In this document: positions 1 through 9,726 of the stretch, one piece after another
Layout: each line of letters opens with the position of its first letter
How positions within the stretch are numbered: the stretch's first letter is position 1
Source: Candidatus Bathyarchaeota archaeon
GTDB taxonomy: Archaea > Thermoproteota > Bathyarchaeia > Bathyarchaeales > Bathycorpusculaceae
Length of the DNA: 64,000 nucleotides
Reading direction: 5' to 3'
NCBI GenBank assembly: GCA_963827165.1
Contig: CAWGZR010000005.1
Span: forward strand, 96,001-160,000
Notes under the pieces: generated by a model
Databases searched by the model: none
Seen by the model: only the letters and a program-made list of their open reading frames with translations
Told to the model about the DNA's origin: nothing
Made by a program: the position numbers and the translations under genes

Positions 1-476
1 ATTTCAGCTATAAACTTGTCAAATTGGGGAAGCAAATCCGTAACCGACGGCAAAATCGGGTGCTGCTCAATTACATGATTCAAGTTAAGCAATCTCTCGC
101 CTTTTAGCACATCATCTAAGACTTCAAGCAAATGCTGAATAGTTGTGGAAGTTAATTCATGTCTAAGCGGTAGGAACAGAGGCGGCGGAACGTAATCTTG
201 GGGACCTGTTGGCGGCGGAGCGGGTGGCTCTTGCAAGGTAAGAAGCAGCTTGGATTTCATTAGGTAAATCAGGGCAGAAGAATCCAGCGCGACACCTGAT
301 GCGCGAAAATCCGTCTTGTTTGTCCGTTCCATTTCGGTGAGAAACGATCGCAACAGATAGGCGATGTTAACGTTCCACGGCGTGAGTTTTTCAAGTTTGC
401 TTATTTCGAATAGTATGTTCCAAGGTGGCCGCAGATAGAACGGTCTTCTCATTGGCGGGGAAGACGCAATCGCCAT
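1..476 (-). CDS. scpA: Segregation and condensation protein A (kleisin), 5' part; runs off the window start
   Basis: Manual translation from ATG at 476, directly after the smc stop: MAIASSPPMRRPFYLRPPWNILFE...PWNVNIAYLLRSF...DFRASGVALDSSALIY. This is typical of an archaeal ScpA N-terminus, and the gene sits in the expected position downstream of smc. Confidence 0.85.
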   Translation of the reverse strand, partial: MAIASSPPMRRPFYLRPPWNILFEISKLEKLTPWNVNIAYLLRSFLTEMERTNKTDFRASGVALDSSALIYLMKSKLLLTLQEPPAPPPTGPQDYVPPPLFLPLRHELTSTTIQHLLEVLDDVLKGERLLNLNHVIEQHPILPSVTDLLPQFDKFIAE

Positions 477-3400
477 TTAACTGGCAACCTCCGGTGGGAA
501 CTTTGCTGTGACAACGTTGGAAACTCCGTTTCGCTCGTAGACACCGTAGACTTTCTGTGCCTTGTTAACCATTTCAGGTCTAAGAGTAATGACAATGAAT
601 TGCATCTTCGCTGCTTCCTCAAGAAGCAACTCTGCAAGCTTCGTTGTGTGGTAGGCGTCTAAGTGTGCGTCGACCTCGTCAAGAATGTAGAATGATGCAG
701 GCGTGAAATCTTTAAGCGAGAAAATGAAGGCAACCGCCGTGATTGATCGTTCGCCGCCGCTTGCTCCGCTGACGACAATCGAAGGCTTGTTCGGGAATTG
801 CACAATCATGTCTATACCTCCAGAGAATGGTTCTTCTGGGTTTTCAAGCTTAATCGTTGCTTCTCCTCCGCCAGTGAGTTTGGAAAAGTAAACTTTGAGG
901 CTGGTGTTGATTTTTTCGAAGGCATCCATGAAAACCTTGCGTTTCTTAGCTTCAATTTCATCCATAAACTGCACGATGGCTTGTTTTTCCCGCTCCAACT
1001 CGTTTAGACGCACCGAAAGCTCTCGGTAACGGGAAAGCTGGTCGGTGTAGTGGGACAGAGCAAGCTGGTTTATGGCGCCGATTCGTTCTATCTCAAACTG
1101 CATCATTCGGATAGTGGTTTCTGCCTCTTCAACCTGCTTCTGATTGGTTTCCTGGGGCTGCTCGTAGCCATATTGGCGAAGTTGACTCTGAAGTTGTTGC
1201 AGACGAAGTTGGTTGGTTTCTGTGCTGACTTGAAGTTGATTGCGCAGTCGGTCCGCCACCTCATATTCTGTGTCGAGCATCCTAAGTTCAGCATCTATGG
1301 CATCTATTTGTGCAGTGAATTTCTTGGATTCTTCTCTTGAAGAAAACACCGCTTTCGATAATTCAACGCGGGTTTTCTCCAGCGCATCAAGCTCCTTTTT
1401 GGCGGCATCACGCTCCAATGCGGCGTCGGCTACTTCTTTTTCCGTTTTTCTCTGCTGCTGCTCAACCTTAACAATTTGGATTTTGATGTTTCTGTAACCG
1501 TTGCGAAGAACCCTGTCGAATTGTGACTGATAAGTTGAAATCTCAGTTTGCATTGACCCACTGTTTTGTTTAAGCTTGTTCGCTTCTTCCCCGAGTTTTT
1601 CCCGTTCAACCTCAAGCGCCTGAATATTCTTCACATCAGTTTTGAGCCTTAAGTTGGCGATTTCGCCGCGAAGCTTCTCGTCTTCTCTTCGCATCCTGTT
1701 GCGTTCGTTTCGGTAAACTTCCATGCGTCCCTTGTACGATGCTGCTTCACGCTCAAGTTTACCGCCGTATTTTTCTGTGTGGTGAATGTTAAACTGAGTT
1801 CTTTTGACTCCACGTTTGATTCGAACGATTTCCCGATCCAACGTTGCAATGCCTTCTTGTAGTCGCGTCATCTCAATTTTTGATCGTTCGACCTCCTCTT
1901 CAAGACCCGTGATGTCCACACCCCTTTGAGTAAGGTGCGTCTGCAGTGCGTTAACGGCTTCATCGAGGCTTTTGAGAGCGTTTTCGCTTGGAATAATTGT
2001 TGAGAAGTCTATCGGCGCACGGTAGTATCCGCTTTCGAAGGCGCCGGACTCGTATAGGTCGCCGTTGACTGTGACTGCGCGCCAGCCTTCGTTTGAAAGC
2101 GCAAAAGCCACCTTATCGTTCGAAACAACCAAGGTATCTCCGAAAACATAGTTTACAGCCAACTCATAGCTGCTGTCGTACTTCATAAAGCTGGAGAGCG
2201 AACCGACTACGCCTTCGCGATTTGGCACCGACTTGTTCTTGAGGCTTATGGCGCCCTGAAGCGGGATAATTTTGATTCTGCCCAGTTTCATGCGCCTAAG
2301 AGTTTCAGTGCAGGTAAAGGCTGAATCAAGGTTCGCAACAACCAAGGCATCAAGCCAACCAGTCGCCGCCGCCTCAATCGCCTTCTTGTAATTCCTATCG
2401 ATCTTGATGAGATTACGAAGCCTGCCTCGGATTCCGTTGATTGCCCCTACGTTGCCCATTTCCTCGATGCTTCTAAGGGCTTTTTCTTCAGCAGCAATAG
2501 TTGCAGCAAGATCCCTCTGTGTTGCAAACTCAATCACAGCATCTTTGGCTGAACTGGCAATTTTTTCGGCTTCAGCGATTTCTTTTCCAACAGTTTCTTT
2601 CTGAGTTTTCTTGCGTTCAATCGAAGCTTCTAGGTTCTTAAGCTGGATTCTTTGGTCCTTCTGAACTTGTTCAAGCTCGGAGAGCGACTTTTCAATCTCC
2701 GCTAAGCTCGCTTGGAATCTTTCTTTACGCACGACTAAACTTTTGATTCTCCCGGTGGACAGGCGAAGCGCAGCCTTTTCTTTGCTGTATTCCGAACGCA
2801 GGAACGCCATGCGCTTAACGTGGTTTTCGATTAAAGCCTGTTTCGCACGTATTTGCTCGTTGTTGCTGTCAAGTCCGCCCCAAAGCTCAGCGGTTTGTTT
2901 GGCTAACACCTCATGTTCTGAGGCTCTTTGAGTTAACGTAGTTTGGAGTTTTACAAGTTCGCTTCGGAACCCTCTGATTTTGAGGCGGTTCTCACGTATT
3001 TCATTTCGCAGGTTTTCCTGCTGCGCTACGTTGTTTTCTCTTACTCGCTTGAGACTTTCGAGGCTGCTTTGCCCAGAATTGATTTTTGTGTTCAACTCGG
3101 TTAATTTGGACTTTAAATCACCTATAGTTATCTGCACTCTAAGAACTTGTGAGCCGCCCTCCTCAAGGTTTTCCCCGCTGAGTTTCCGCCATTCGCCCTC
3201 AATATCATGGCGTTTGCCCCTGCGAACATCCCGCTGCTCTTTCAACTTATCGACCCTTGCCTGAACCTTCTCGGATTGGCCTTTAGCTTCAGTTAATTTG
3301 ACGTTTACTTGGGTGATGTCGCTTGAAATTTTAATTGCTTGAAACTTCTTTGTTTCCGCTTGGATGAAATTGTAGCGCAAGAGTTGGTTGCGCTCTCGTT

Positions 3401-4028
3401 CCAGATCGTCAAGGCGTTTCTGCACTTCGTCGATTCTTCCCATGGCAGTGCGGATGGAGATGTCTGCTGCACGGAGTTTCTCTTCCGCCTCAGCCTTCTC
3501 CGAGTCATATTGACCGATCCCGACGAGATCTTCGATTATTTTTCGACGTTCCAAAGAGTTGATTTCCGTCAGTCTTGTCAGGGTACCCTGTGGGATGATG
3601 TTTTGGCTCATGCTGCTAATAGAGCTCATCGAGAGGGTTTCTGTTATGTAAGTTCTTGACATTCTTCGTCCATTCAGTCGGTAAACGCTCTGACCATTCT
3701 TGAAAACCTCTCTAGAAATAGTCACAGTGGTGGTATCCACTGGCATTGTGCCGTCTGAATTATCAAATTGAAGGACAACCTTAGCCATCTTCGCTTTCTC
3801 TTGGCCAGCTTTATCTGAACCATGAAAAATCAGGTTTGAAGCGTTTTCAGCACGTAGCCTTCTGGTGCTTAATTCGCCAAGGGAGAAGAGTACGGCGTCC
3901 ATGATGTTGGATTTTCCGCTACCGTTCGGACCCGTAAGTGCCGTGAATCCTTTGTCTAGGGATATCTTGATAGTCTGCGGCCCAAAAGATTTGAAGCCTT
4001 TCAACTCGATTTTTTTTATATAGGGCAT
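477..4028 (-). CDS. smc: Chromosome segregation protein SMC
   Basis: 1183 aa; Walker A GPNGSGKSN, long coiled coils, hinge, signature SGGE, Walker B FYILDEVD. Confidence 0.97.
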   Translation of the reverse strand: MPYIKKIELKGFKSFGPQTIKISLDKGFTALTGPNGSGKSNIMDAVLFSLGELSTRRLRAENASNLIFHGSDKAGQEKAKMAKVVLQFDNSDGTMPVDTTTVTISREVFKNGQSVYRLNGRRMSRTYITETLSMSSISSMSQNIIPQGTLTRLTEINSLERRKIIEDLVGIGQYDSEKAEAEEKLRAADISIRTAMGRIDEVQKRLDDLERERNQLLRYNFIQAETKKFQAIKISSDITQVNVKLTEAKGQSEKVQARVDKLKEQRDVRRGKRHDIEGEWRKLSGENLEEGGSQVLRVQITIGDLKSKLTELNTKINSGQSSLESLKRVRENNVAQQENLRNEIRENRLKIRGFRSELVKLQTTLTQRASEHEVLAKQTAELWGGLDSNNEQIRAKQALIENHVKRMAFLRSEYSKEKAALRLSTGRIKSLVVRKERFQASLAEIEKSLSELEQVQKDQRIQLKNLEASIERKKTQKETVGKEIAEAEKIASSAKDAVIEFATQRDLAATIAAEEKALRSIEEMGNVGAINGIRGRLRNLIKIDRNYKKAIEAAATGWLDALVVANLDSAFTCTETLRRMKLGRIKIIPLQGAISLKNKSVPNREGVVGSLSSFMKYDSSYELAVNYVFGDTLVVSNDKVAFALSNEGWRAVTVNGDLYESGAFESGYYRAPIDFSTIIPSENALKSLDEAVNALQTHLTQRGVDITGLEEEVERSKIEMTRLQEGIATLDREIVRIKRGVKRTQFNIHHTEKYGGKLEREAASYKGRMEVYRNERNRMRREDEKLRGEIANLRLKTDVKNIQALEVEREKLGEEANKLKQNSGSMQTEISTYQSQFDRVLRNGYRNIKIQIVKVEQQQRKTEKEVADAALERDAAKKELDALEKTRVELSKAVFSSREESKKFTAQIDAIDAELRMLDTEYEVADRLRNQLQVSTETNQLRLQQLQSQLRQYGYEQPQETNQKQVEEAETTIRMMQFEIERIGAINQLALSHYTDQLSRYRELSVRLNELEREKQAIVQFMDEIEAKKRKVFMDAFEKINTSLKVYFSKLTGGGEATIKLENPEEPFSGGIDMIVQFPNKPSIVVSGASGGERSITAVAFIFSLKDFTPASFYILDEVDAHLDAYHTTKLAELLLEEAAKMQFIVITLRPEMVNKAQKVYGVYERNGVSNVVTAKFPPEVAS

Positions 4029-4303
4029 TCAGGCAGTATCCTCACGGCAAGCGATCTAGTATATTTTAACGTAAGACTATTAGGAGTATTGATATTAATT
4101 TCAATCTTATCTAATTTCGTCTTACATTCACCTTTACTTTTAACCATTAGTATTCAGAAAGCATATTAATCTAACTGAATACCCTACCTCGGAAATGCCC
4201 TAAACCTTGGCATATCAGAACTAAGAAATTTAGCTTAATTGTCCTTTTACTGAGTACGTCTTAACCTTGAATGTGCTCGGTAATAGCAGCGCACGCTTTT
4301 TGT

Positions 4304-4334
4304 GTCAAGAAATCTTTACAAGAACTCTTTTATC
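4304..4334 (+). promoter_or_regulatory. Conserved upstream element (GTCAA-N6-TTTAC plus TATA-like TTTTAT) of a secreted surface-protein gene
   Basis: 24/31 identical to 55436-55466; both lie 22-23 nt before the ATG of paralogous genes. Confidence 0.6.
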
Positions 4335-4357
4335 GCCAATCCTACCTAAAACTAATT

Positions 4358-5214
4358 ATGAGTAGAATCAGCACGAGTTTCTCATTGCTCTTTATTGTTC
4401 TCTTAGCCGTATCAAGTCTAATGATGGCTAAACCAGCATTTGCTCAAATACCTACGCCTTCGCCTTCACCTGTTCCTATTCCTATACCTACGCCCTCCGT
4501 TCCAACATTCACTGTACAGCTTGTCGGTCCTCCTTACACTGTGCCTACAACTTATTCGTTAAACCAAAGTTCAGGACAGATTGTTGCTCAAATCGGCTAC
4601 ACCGCTGAATATAATAATGTAGAAGTGACAATTAAAAATCAACCCTTTACTTCCTATGTTGATTCATCGGGAAATACCATTAACCTCTATTACAACATCC
4701 AAATAATGGACGACCAAACATCCGCTTGGACAGTCCTCTACAGTCCTGAAAGTTACCCAACACAGTCCATAGATTCCGATTATACCAACATATCAATCCC
4801 TGTGGCGACTGGTCAAAATGGGGGAATAACTATTCCTGTTGATACTCAAACCGATATCCAAGTTCAAGCAATTGATTGGATATATTACCGCAGAATTTAG
4901 TGGCATATACTATCTACTCCACCATATATTGGGGATTACTGGACCTATTCATTTGTTGGTCAAACAGGCAGTTGGAGCTGCAATGCAAACAGTAACCATA
5001 CCTGCGGATATTCCTTTAAGCCCTACCCCAACCCCAACATCCTCAACTTCAACGCTAACTCCAACTCCAATATCAACCTCTTCGTCTATTAGCAGCGCTT
5101 CTTACGCATCTCTTTTATTAATAGCTCTTGTTGTTATCACATTCTTGTTGGCTATCATTATTTTTCTTTCTAATTTATATGAGAAAACGAAAGCCCATTA
5201 ATTTAAGTGAGTGA
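4358..5214 (+). pseudogene. Secreted/membrane-anchored surface protein (paralog of 55489-56286), broken by several frameshifts
   Basis: Signal peptide and PTPSVPTFTV, IKNQPF, YYNIQ and DIQVQA motifs. The continuation LIGY / SFVGQTGSWS / QTVTIP / TM / YMRKRK is split over different frames at about 4870, 4890-4910, 4980 and 5170. Confidence 0.75.
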
Positions 5215-5251
5215 CGCCTAATTTCTTTTATTCTACGCTTTTCAGATTTAA

Positions 5252-5291
5252 GACTTATCTCTAAGTTTGATCAAACTTAAGAACATAAGTC
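5252..5291. repeat. Imperfect 40-bp palindrome upstream of the small ParB gene
   Basis: Perfect core TAAGTTTGATCAAACTTA (5262-5279) with outer arms GACTTAT/ATAAGTC. Confidence 0.8.
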
Positions 5292-5307
5292 GGCTAAAAG
5301 AAGGCTC

Positions 5308-5601
5308 ATGAAAGAACTGGATAAAGATAAAACAATCAGGTTTACCCTTGATTCTATTAAGTTATATGAAGATATTTTGCAAAAACAACAAGCAGATCCG
5401 TGTCACATGAAAAGAGTTAAAGCCCTTGCCAAAGACATATCCAAAAATGGTTTACAAAAACCAATAGAGGTTCTGCATCTCCAAAATGGGGAGTACAAAC
5501 TAATGGAAGGGTATCATCGTTACATGGCTTGTAAGTTACTTGGCTGGAAAGAGATTGAATGCTACGTTAAAGAATCAATCAAACTCTTTTATTATCAATG
5601 A
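5308..5601 (+). CDS. Stand-alone ParB/Srx N-terminal domain protein
   Basis: LAKDISKNGLQKPIEV...LMEGYHRYMACKLLG (GxxR motif). Confidence 0.85.
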   Translation: MKELDKDKTIRFTLDSIKLYEDILQKQQADPCHMKRVKALAKDISKNGLQKPIEVLHLQNGEYKLMEGYHRYMACKLLGWKEIECYVKESIKLFYYQ

Positions 5602-5649
5602 AAAATAGCAGTACTACCAGAACGAGATACTCGGTTAGTGATTAAAGAC

Positions 5650-5832
5650 TTAGGGATTTATTGAATGGTTTTTACCATAATTAGTTTTACCAAAAGTTAT
5701 GCGCCCATGCTTACCTTTAACAAGCTCTGTTATTACTTCCCGTAGTTCTTCTTTAGTTTTGTCTGGTAATGATTCATTGGCTAAATTGTAAGAGGTTTCT
5801 GTATCATCACTATACTTAACTGTTAATCCCAC
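5650..5832 (-). CDS. Small hypothetical protein
   Basis: 60-aa ORF co-oriented with and closely following the upstream element ORF. Confidence 0.5.
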   Translation of the reverse strand: MGLTVKYSDDTETSYNLANESLPDKTKEELREVITELVKGKHGRITFGKTNYGKNHSINP

Positions 5833-5844
5833 AATCTTTTTCTC

Positions 5845-6057
5845 TCATTTTTCATTTATCCATTCGAATTCACGATTTCTGTCGTTGCTTTCGTCTTTTG
5901 GAAGCCTAAAATCGCACATGGGACACGACCAAACAAAAGCACCATAGTAGCCAGCAAAAGGAACGAACGCTTTTTGCCACATTGACTGTCTATTGCTTTT
6001 TCTTATTGGCTTCACCATGTTTTTACATCGTGGGCATTTCACTAATGTTCTATTCAT
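5845..6057 (-). CDS. Small zinc-ribbon protein
   Basis: CPRC...CPMC; purine-rich RBS-like sequence upstream. Confidence 0.65.
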   Translation of the reverse strand: MNRTLVKCPRCKNMVKPIRKSNRQSMWQKAFVPFAGYYGAFVWSCPMCDFRLPKDESNDRNREFEWINEK

Positions 6058-6128
6058 TGTTCTACCGCTTTAGAATTAATTTTCACATTAAACTTATACG
6101 ATTTATGAATCTAAAATTCAGTTAATGC

Positions 6129-7602
6129 CTAACTCCTTGAAAATAGCTCTTTTTTATTTTGGTTAATGCGGTTGGTGATAACAAAATTTCTATTAGCAAT
6201 AGGACCAGTGTTAGAGTGCTTACCAAAATTACTCCATGTTTCACCACTGTTCATATCGTGGATAACTATCCTTGCCCCTGTTGCTGGTTTAATAGGAAAT
6301 AGCTGTTCATCCCAGAAGTTTAGCAATAAAAGAGAGTCTACAAGGTTGTCATAATGGGGATTGCTTTGTTTCTTATAGGACTTCATTTCTTGAATTAAGT
6401 CGTTATATTCCGCTGGTATCTCTAAACCCTGACTCTCTATCGTGTGGCTAAGTTGTTCTTGCATGACCTCTTTGTAATACCGTGAATTGACAGAGAAAAC
6501 TTTGCTCTTACCGTAAGCTTCCGATATGAGGTCAGACCACATGATAGGCAGACTATCAACCTTAACAAGCTGTACTTTATAGAGCTTTAGAAACTCTGCT
6601 ATTTCTGCAACAGCACCGTTAATCTCTTCAAATCCCCATGTCTTACGGAAGAGAACTTTAAGCTTATACTTACCGTTCTTCTCACCGATTGTTAAGGCTA
6701 ATTGGTCTCGGTCAGTGTGTCCAGTTCCACCACCGTCTACACCTGCCCATCTAATGCCACCTTCGCTTAGTACCTGTTCTCTAATAGCTTTGTTAATTTG
6801 CTCTGTGTCCCATAGTAACTTAATGCTGCTCTCGGATATTTCCCCGAGTACATCCCTTTTCCATTCATCTTCCGTCATTATCGTTTTTTTGTTGGTTAAT
6901 TCTTCTTGACTGTGCCAATCACAGTCTATTTAGCTCCACTTGAAAAGAGTAAAATTATATTTCTTAGGGTTTTTGAGTATCTCATTAAACTTAGAATACG
7001 GAGAGCTTGGAGTACCTAAGACTACCAGCTTAATCTTTTTACCGCTAAGATTCCCATAAGCAGTAGATAGTGTTTAAGAAGGCATTAATTCAGCCTCATC
7101 TAAGAAAAGAATGCTCGCACTTGCTCCACGAATACCCTTCTCGGAAGAGGATAATAGCTGCACCTTGCTACCGTTCTTTAAAGAGTAACCGTCTTTAGGG
7201 ATAATGTTGGCTACTCCTTCCCAACTTACATACTGCCTAAGCTCTGGGTTAGAGCTAAAGATGTCTGTTATGTGTTGGTAAACGTAGTTCTCTTTAGCAG
7301 AGACTAAACATACTTGAATCTTATTTTTGAGCGTTAAGTAAATAGCTGCTACTGCACAACATAACGACTTTGCCTGTCTGTCTGCCAGCTGAGATAAGAA
7401 CGTTAGTTAACTCTGGGTTTTCTAATCCCTGTAAGACCTCTATTTGTTTAGCGGTAGGAATTAGCTCTGTAATCTTAGTAAAAAATTCTGTTATGCTGAG
7501 ACTGAGAAGGGTATCACTTTCTATAGCTTTTGCTAAGTTTCCCTCTTTAGCCTTCTTTCGGTTTCTGTAATTCTTTTGTATAATTGCTCTGTCTAATGGC
7601 AA
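6129..7602 (-). pseudogene. Terminase large subunit (ATPase plus RNase H-like nuclease), disrupted
   Basis: Manual translation gives Walker A SAGRQTGK(S), GIRG...ILFLDEA (Walker B), coupling motif LGTP, and nuclease GVDGG...DNLVDS. There is one +1 frameshift at about 7369 and two in-frame TAA codons (about 7075 and 6931). Confidence 0.85.
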
Positions 7603-7638
7603 TAAAAATATCTCCTATTGGGGTTTATTTAAAAAAAC

Positions 7639-7782
7639 TTAGGATTCTGGTTTAGTTTTATCTGGAACGTTTAAAAGATTCCCGTCTGCATAGAGTTTCT
7701 TATAGAAATCGAGATTCTTTTTACTTAAGCCAATTTTGGTTAGAATCTCTTCCTTAACTTCTTCGGGAGTTTTTTTTGTCAT
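7639..7782 (-). CDS. 47-aa hypothetical protein (not in the ORF track)
   Basis: MTKKTPEEVKEEILTKIGLSKKNLDFYKKLYADGNLLNVPDKTKPES; fills the gap before terL. Confidence 0.5.
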   Translation of the reverse strand: MTKKTPEEVKEEILTKIGLSKKNLDFYKKLYADGNLLNVPDKTKPES

Positions 7783-8491
7783 GACTAAACAATCCTTTTC
7801 TCTTCTTGGAGTCTTTTTTAGGCTCTATGCTCTTTCGTTCTGCTCGCTCGTAAGATTCTACTACAGCTTTGTTTATCCAACCACCAGTAGTAGTATCTCT
7901 AACAAAACCGAACTCTTCCATCCCGTAATCTCTTGGATATTTCTTTTTAGCTTCTGGTTGCTTTGGTTTTTGTGCTGTAACTGGTTGCGTTACGTTAAAC
8001 AATTTTCTTATCATTGGGTCATGTATCGGTACAATCTTTAGTATGTAGATGTAATCAACTGTCTCGCCTTGAGTATCCGAGTTCATAGTTCCGACTTTTA
8101 CTTTAGCTGTTGAGTAGTCCTCTGACCATTCTATATCTGAGCTTTTGTATATGCTGCCTTCGTAGAAATCGAAGCGACCATTTCCATTATATCTTAGACT
8201 GTATCGAGCATTTCCATCACTAAGACTTATAGCAATCCCAACTGGCATTGTTGCTACTAAAAACTCGGTGCGTGGCATTAATTGATACTCTGCTATCAGG
8301 TCGTTTAGTCTTTTTATAGCTGTCTTCTGTGCCTCTACCGAGGGATAGATAACGCTCGGGTTTCCTACACTATTTTGGAGAGATTCTATTTCTTTTAGAA
8401 TCTCTCGTTTTTTCGTTTTTAATTGTTCATTATCCATTTTAATTACTTCCTTGTTCTCTTGCTTTTTCGTGATATGAGAACTGTAACACAT
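7754..8491 (-). CDS. Hypothetical protein (N-terminal coiled coil, beta-rich core)
   Basis: 245-aa ORF in the element operon; no motif recognised. Confidence 0.7.
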   Translation of the reverse strand: MCYSSHITKKQENKEVIKMDNEQLKTKKREILKEIESLQNSVGNPSVIYPSVEAQKTAIKRLNDLIAEYQLMPRTEFLVATMPVGIAISLSDGNARYSLRYNGNGRFDFYEGSIYKSSDIEWSEDYSTAKVKVGTMNSDTQGETVDYIYILKIVPIHDPMIRKLFNVTQPVTAQKPKQPEAKKKYPRDYGMEEFGFVRDTTTGGWINKAVVESYERAERKSIEPKKDSKKRKGLFSHDKKNSRRS

Positions 8492-8658
8492 TAACCCTCA
8501 GAGCCTACACGCACAGCAATCTCTTTGTTATGCTTGTTTAGATTCGTGGAGCTATCCCCTTTACAGCCTCTTAATTCTCTAAGTTGTGCTGGCGAAAGTG
8601 TTTGACCGACTACATGCCGTTTGTAGCTATACCCTCCATGATTTGAGTTAGATTTCAT
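8491..8658 (-). CDS. 55-aa hypothetical protein (not in the ORF track)
   Basis: MKSNSNHGGYSYKRHVVGQ...; ATGA overlap with the upstream ORF and TAATG overlap with the downstream ORF. Confidence 0.55.
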   Translation of the reverse strand: MKSNSNHGGYSYKRHVVGQTLSPAQLRELRGCKGDSSTNLNKHNKEIAVRVGSEG

Positions 8659-8867
8659 TGGTGACATAACCCCGAATCACACTGATTTTGAAAATGACGT
8701 TTCATATCCAATTCGCTCTTTGCTTTTGGTGCTGGTAAATCGAATTTAGTTAATAGAGCTATATCTCCCTCTAACTTTGCTATGTTCTTCATTCTTTCTC
8801 GTCTCACTGGACACGTAGAAGAACAACTTTTCTCTGGAAAAGCTCTTTTCTTAATTGTGTGAGTCAT
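8655..8867 (-). CDS. Small Cys-containing hypothetical protein
   Basis: 70 aa, CxxxC motifs, ATGA-coupled. Confidence 0.6.
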   Translation of the reverse strand: MTHTIKKRAFPEKSCSSTCPVRRERMKNIAKLEGDIALLTKFDLPAPKAKSELDMKRHFQNQCDSGLCHQ

Positions 8868-9106
8868 TGTTCCCTACTCCATTGTCTCATTTCTGGATAT
8901 ACTTCGTTTCGTACCCAGACTGGTCTGTTATTATTGGTTGTTTCAATATGCCATGAATAGGCTTCATTGATAGACTCTGCTTCCCTTTCAAATTCTAAAT
9001 AACAACCTATTGAACAGAAAAGGTCTGTCTCTAACTCTGGCTCGTAAAGTTTACCGCATTGAATACATTTCCGTTTAATTACGGCTAAAGAACCCAAGTT
9101 TGCCAT
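8864..9106 (-). CDS. Small treble-clef-type Zn-finger protein
   Basis: CIQC...FCSIGC; TAATG coupling. Confidence 0.65.
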   Translation of the reverse strand: MANLGSLAVIKRKCIQCGKLYEPELETDLFCSIGCYLEFEREAESINEAYSWHIETTNNNRPVWVRNEVYPEMRQWSREQ

Positions 9107-9303
9107 TAGTAAGACCAGCCTCCATAAACGCCCTTAGCATGGTGTTTGTGTAGTTTGTACTTCTGTTTACAGTCTGGGGAACACCAGAGATTATCTTTCA
9201 TGTACGTTTCAAATTCTGCTCCACAAGGACACTTACGAGTTATAATTTCATGAGAAAGATTAGCTAAGATTTCACTCACCATCTTAAAACACCAAACCAA
9301 CAA
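9106..9303 (-). CDS. Small treble-clef-type Zn-finger protein
   Basis: CPCG...WCSPDC; true start probably a few codons downstream (MVSEI). Confidence 0.6.
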   Translation of the reverse strand: MLVWCFKMVSEILANLSHEIITRKCPCGAEFETYMKDNLWCSPDCKQKYKLHKHHAKGVYGGWSY

Positions 9304-9544
9304 AGAACCTTTCTGGGTGTCTGTAGATTTCTTTCCTTAGCTGTCCTATTCCGAGTCTATGATAACATTCTCTAAGGGTAGCATTGTACTCTAATCTCTT
9401 CTCGGTTCTAAACTTCTTTGCTGACTTTCGACACTGTTCGCGCTCTACCTTATTCGCACATGAGAATGAACAATACTTTCGCCTACCCTTTGGGATAGGA
9501 TTATCACATTCTAAACAAGCAGCTTCTTTATTCACTCTAATCAC
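9284..9544 (-). CDS. Small treble-clef-type Zn-finger protein
   Basis: CLEC...RKYCSFSC. Confidence 0.65.
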   Translation of the reverse strand: MIRVNKEAACLECDNPIPKGRRKYCSFSCANKVEREQCRKSAKKFRTEKRLEYNATLRECYHRLGIGQLRKEIYRHPERFFVGLVF

Positions 9545-9726
9545 TAAACACTTGCTGCTCTCTTTGCTACAGTCTCAATCTTTGCTTTGTCTAAATCCCA
9601 ATTATCAAGTGTATCTTTGTCAGGGACTAAGTTATCTGGTAAATTAATATCAAACTCTACTTTGTGTATCTCCCTACATGTTGGGCATTGAACATTGAAC
9701 AGAAATTTATGTTTCTTAACACCCAT
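9544..9726 (-). CDS. Small protein with CPTC motif
   Basis: Start reassigned to ATG 9726 (MGVKK...), TAATG-coupled to the upstream micro-ORF. Confidence 0.6.
   Translation of the reverse strand: MGVKKHKFLFNVQCPTCREIHKVEFDINLPDNLVPDKDTLDNWDLDKAKIETVAKRAASV

Noticed and set aside
6900-7100. Stop-codon reassignment or readthrough in terL
   Set aside because: TAA terminates neighbouring element genes, and a frameshift is also present.
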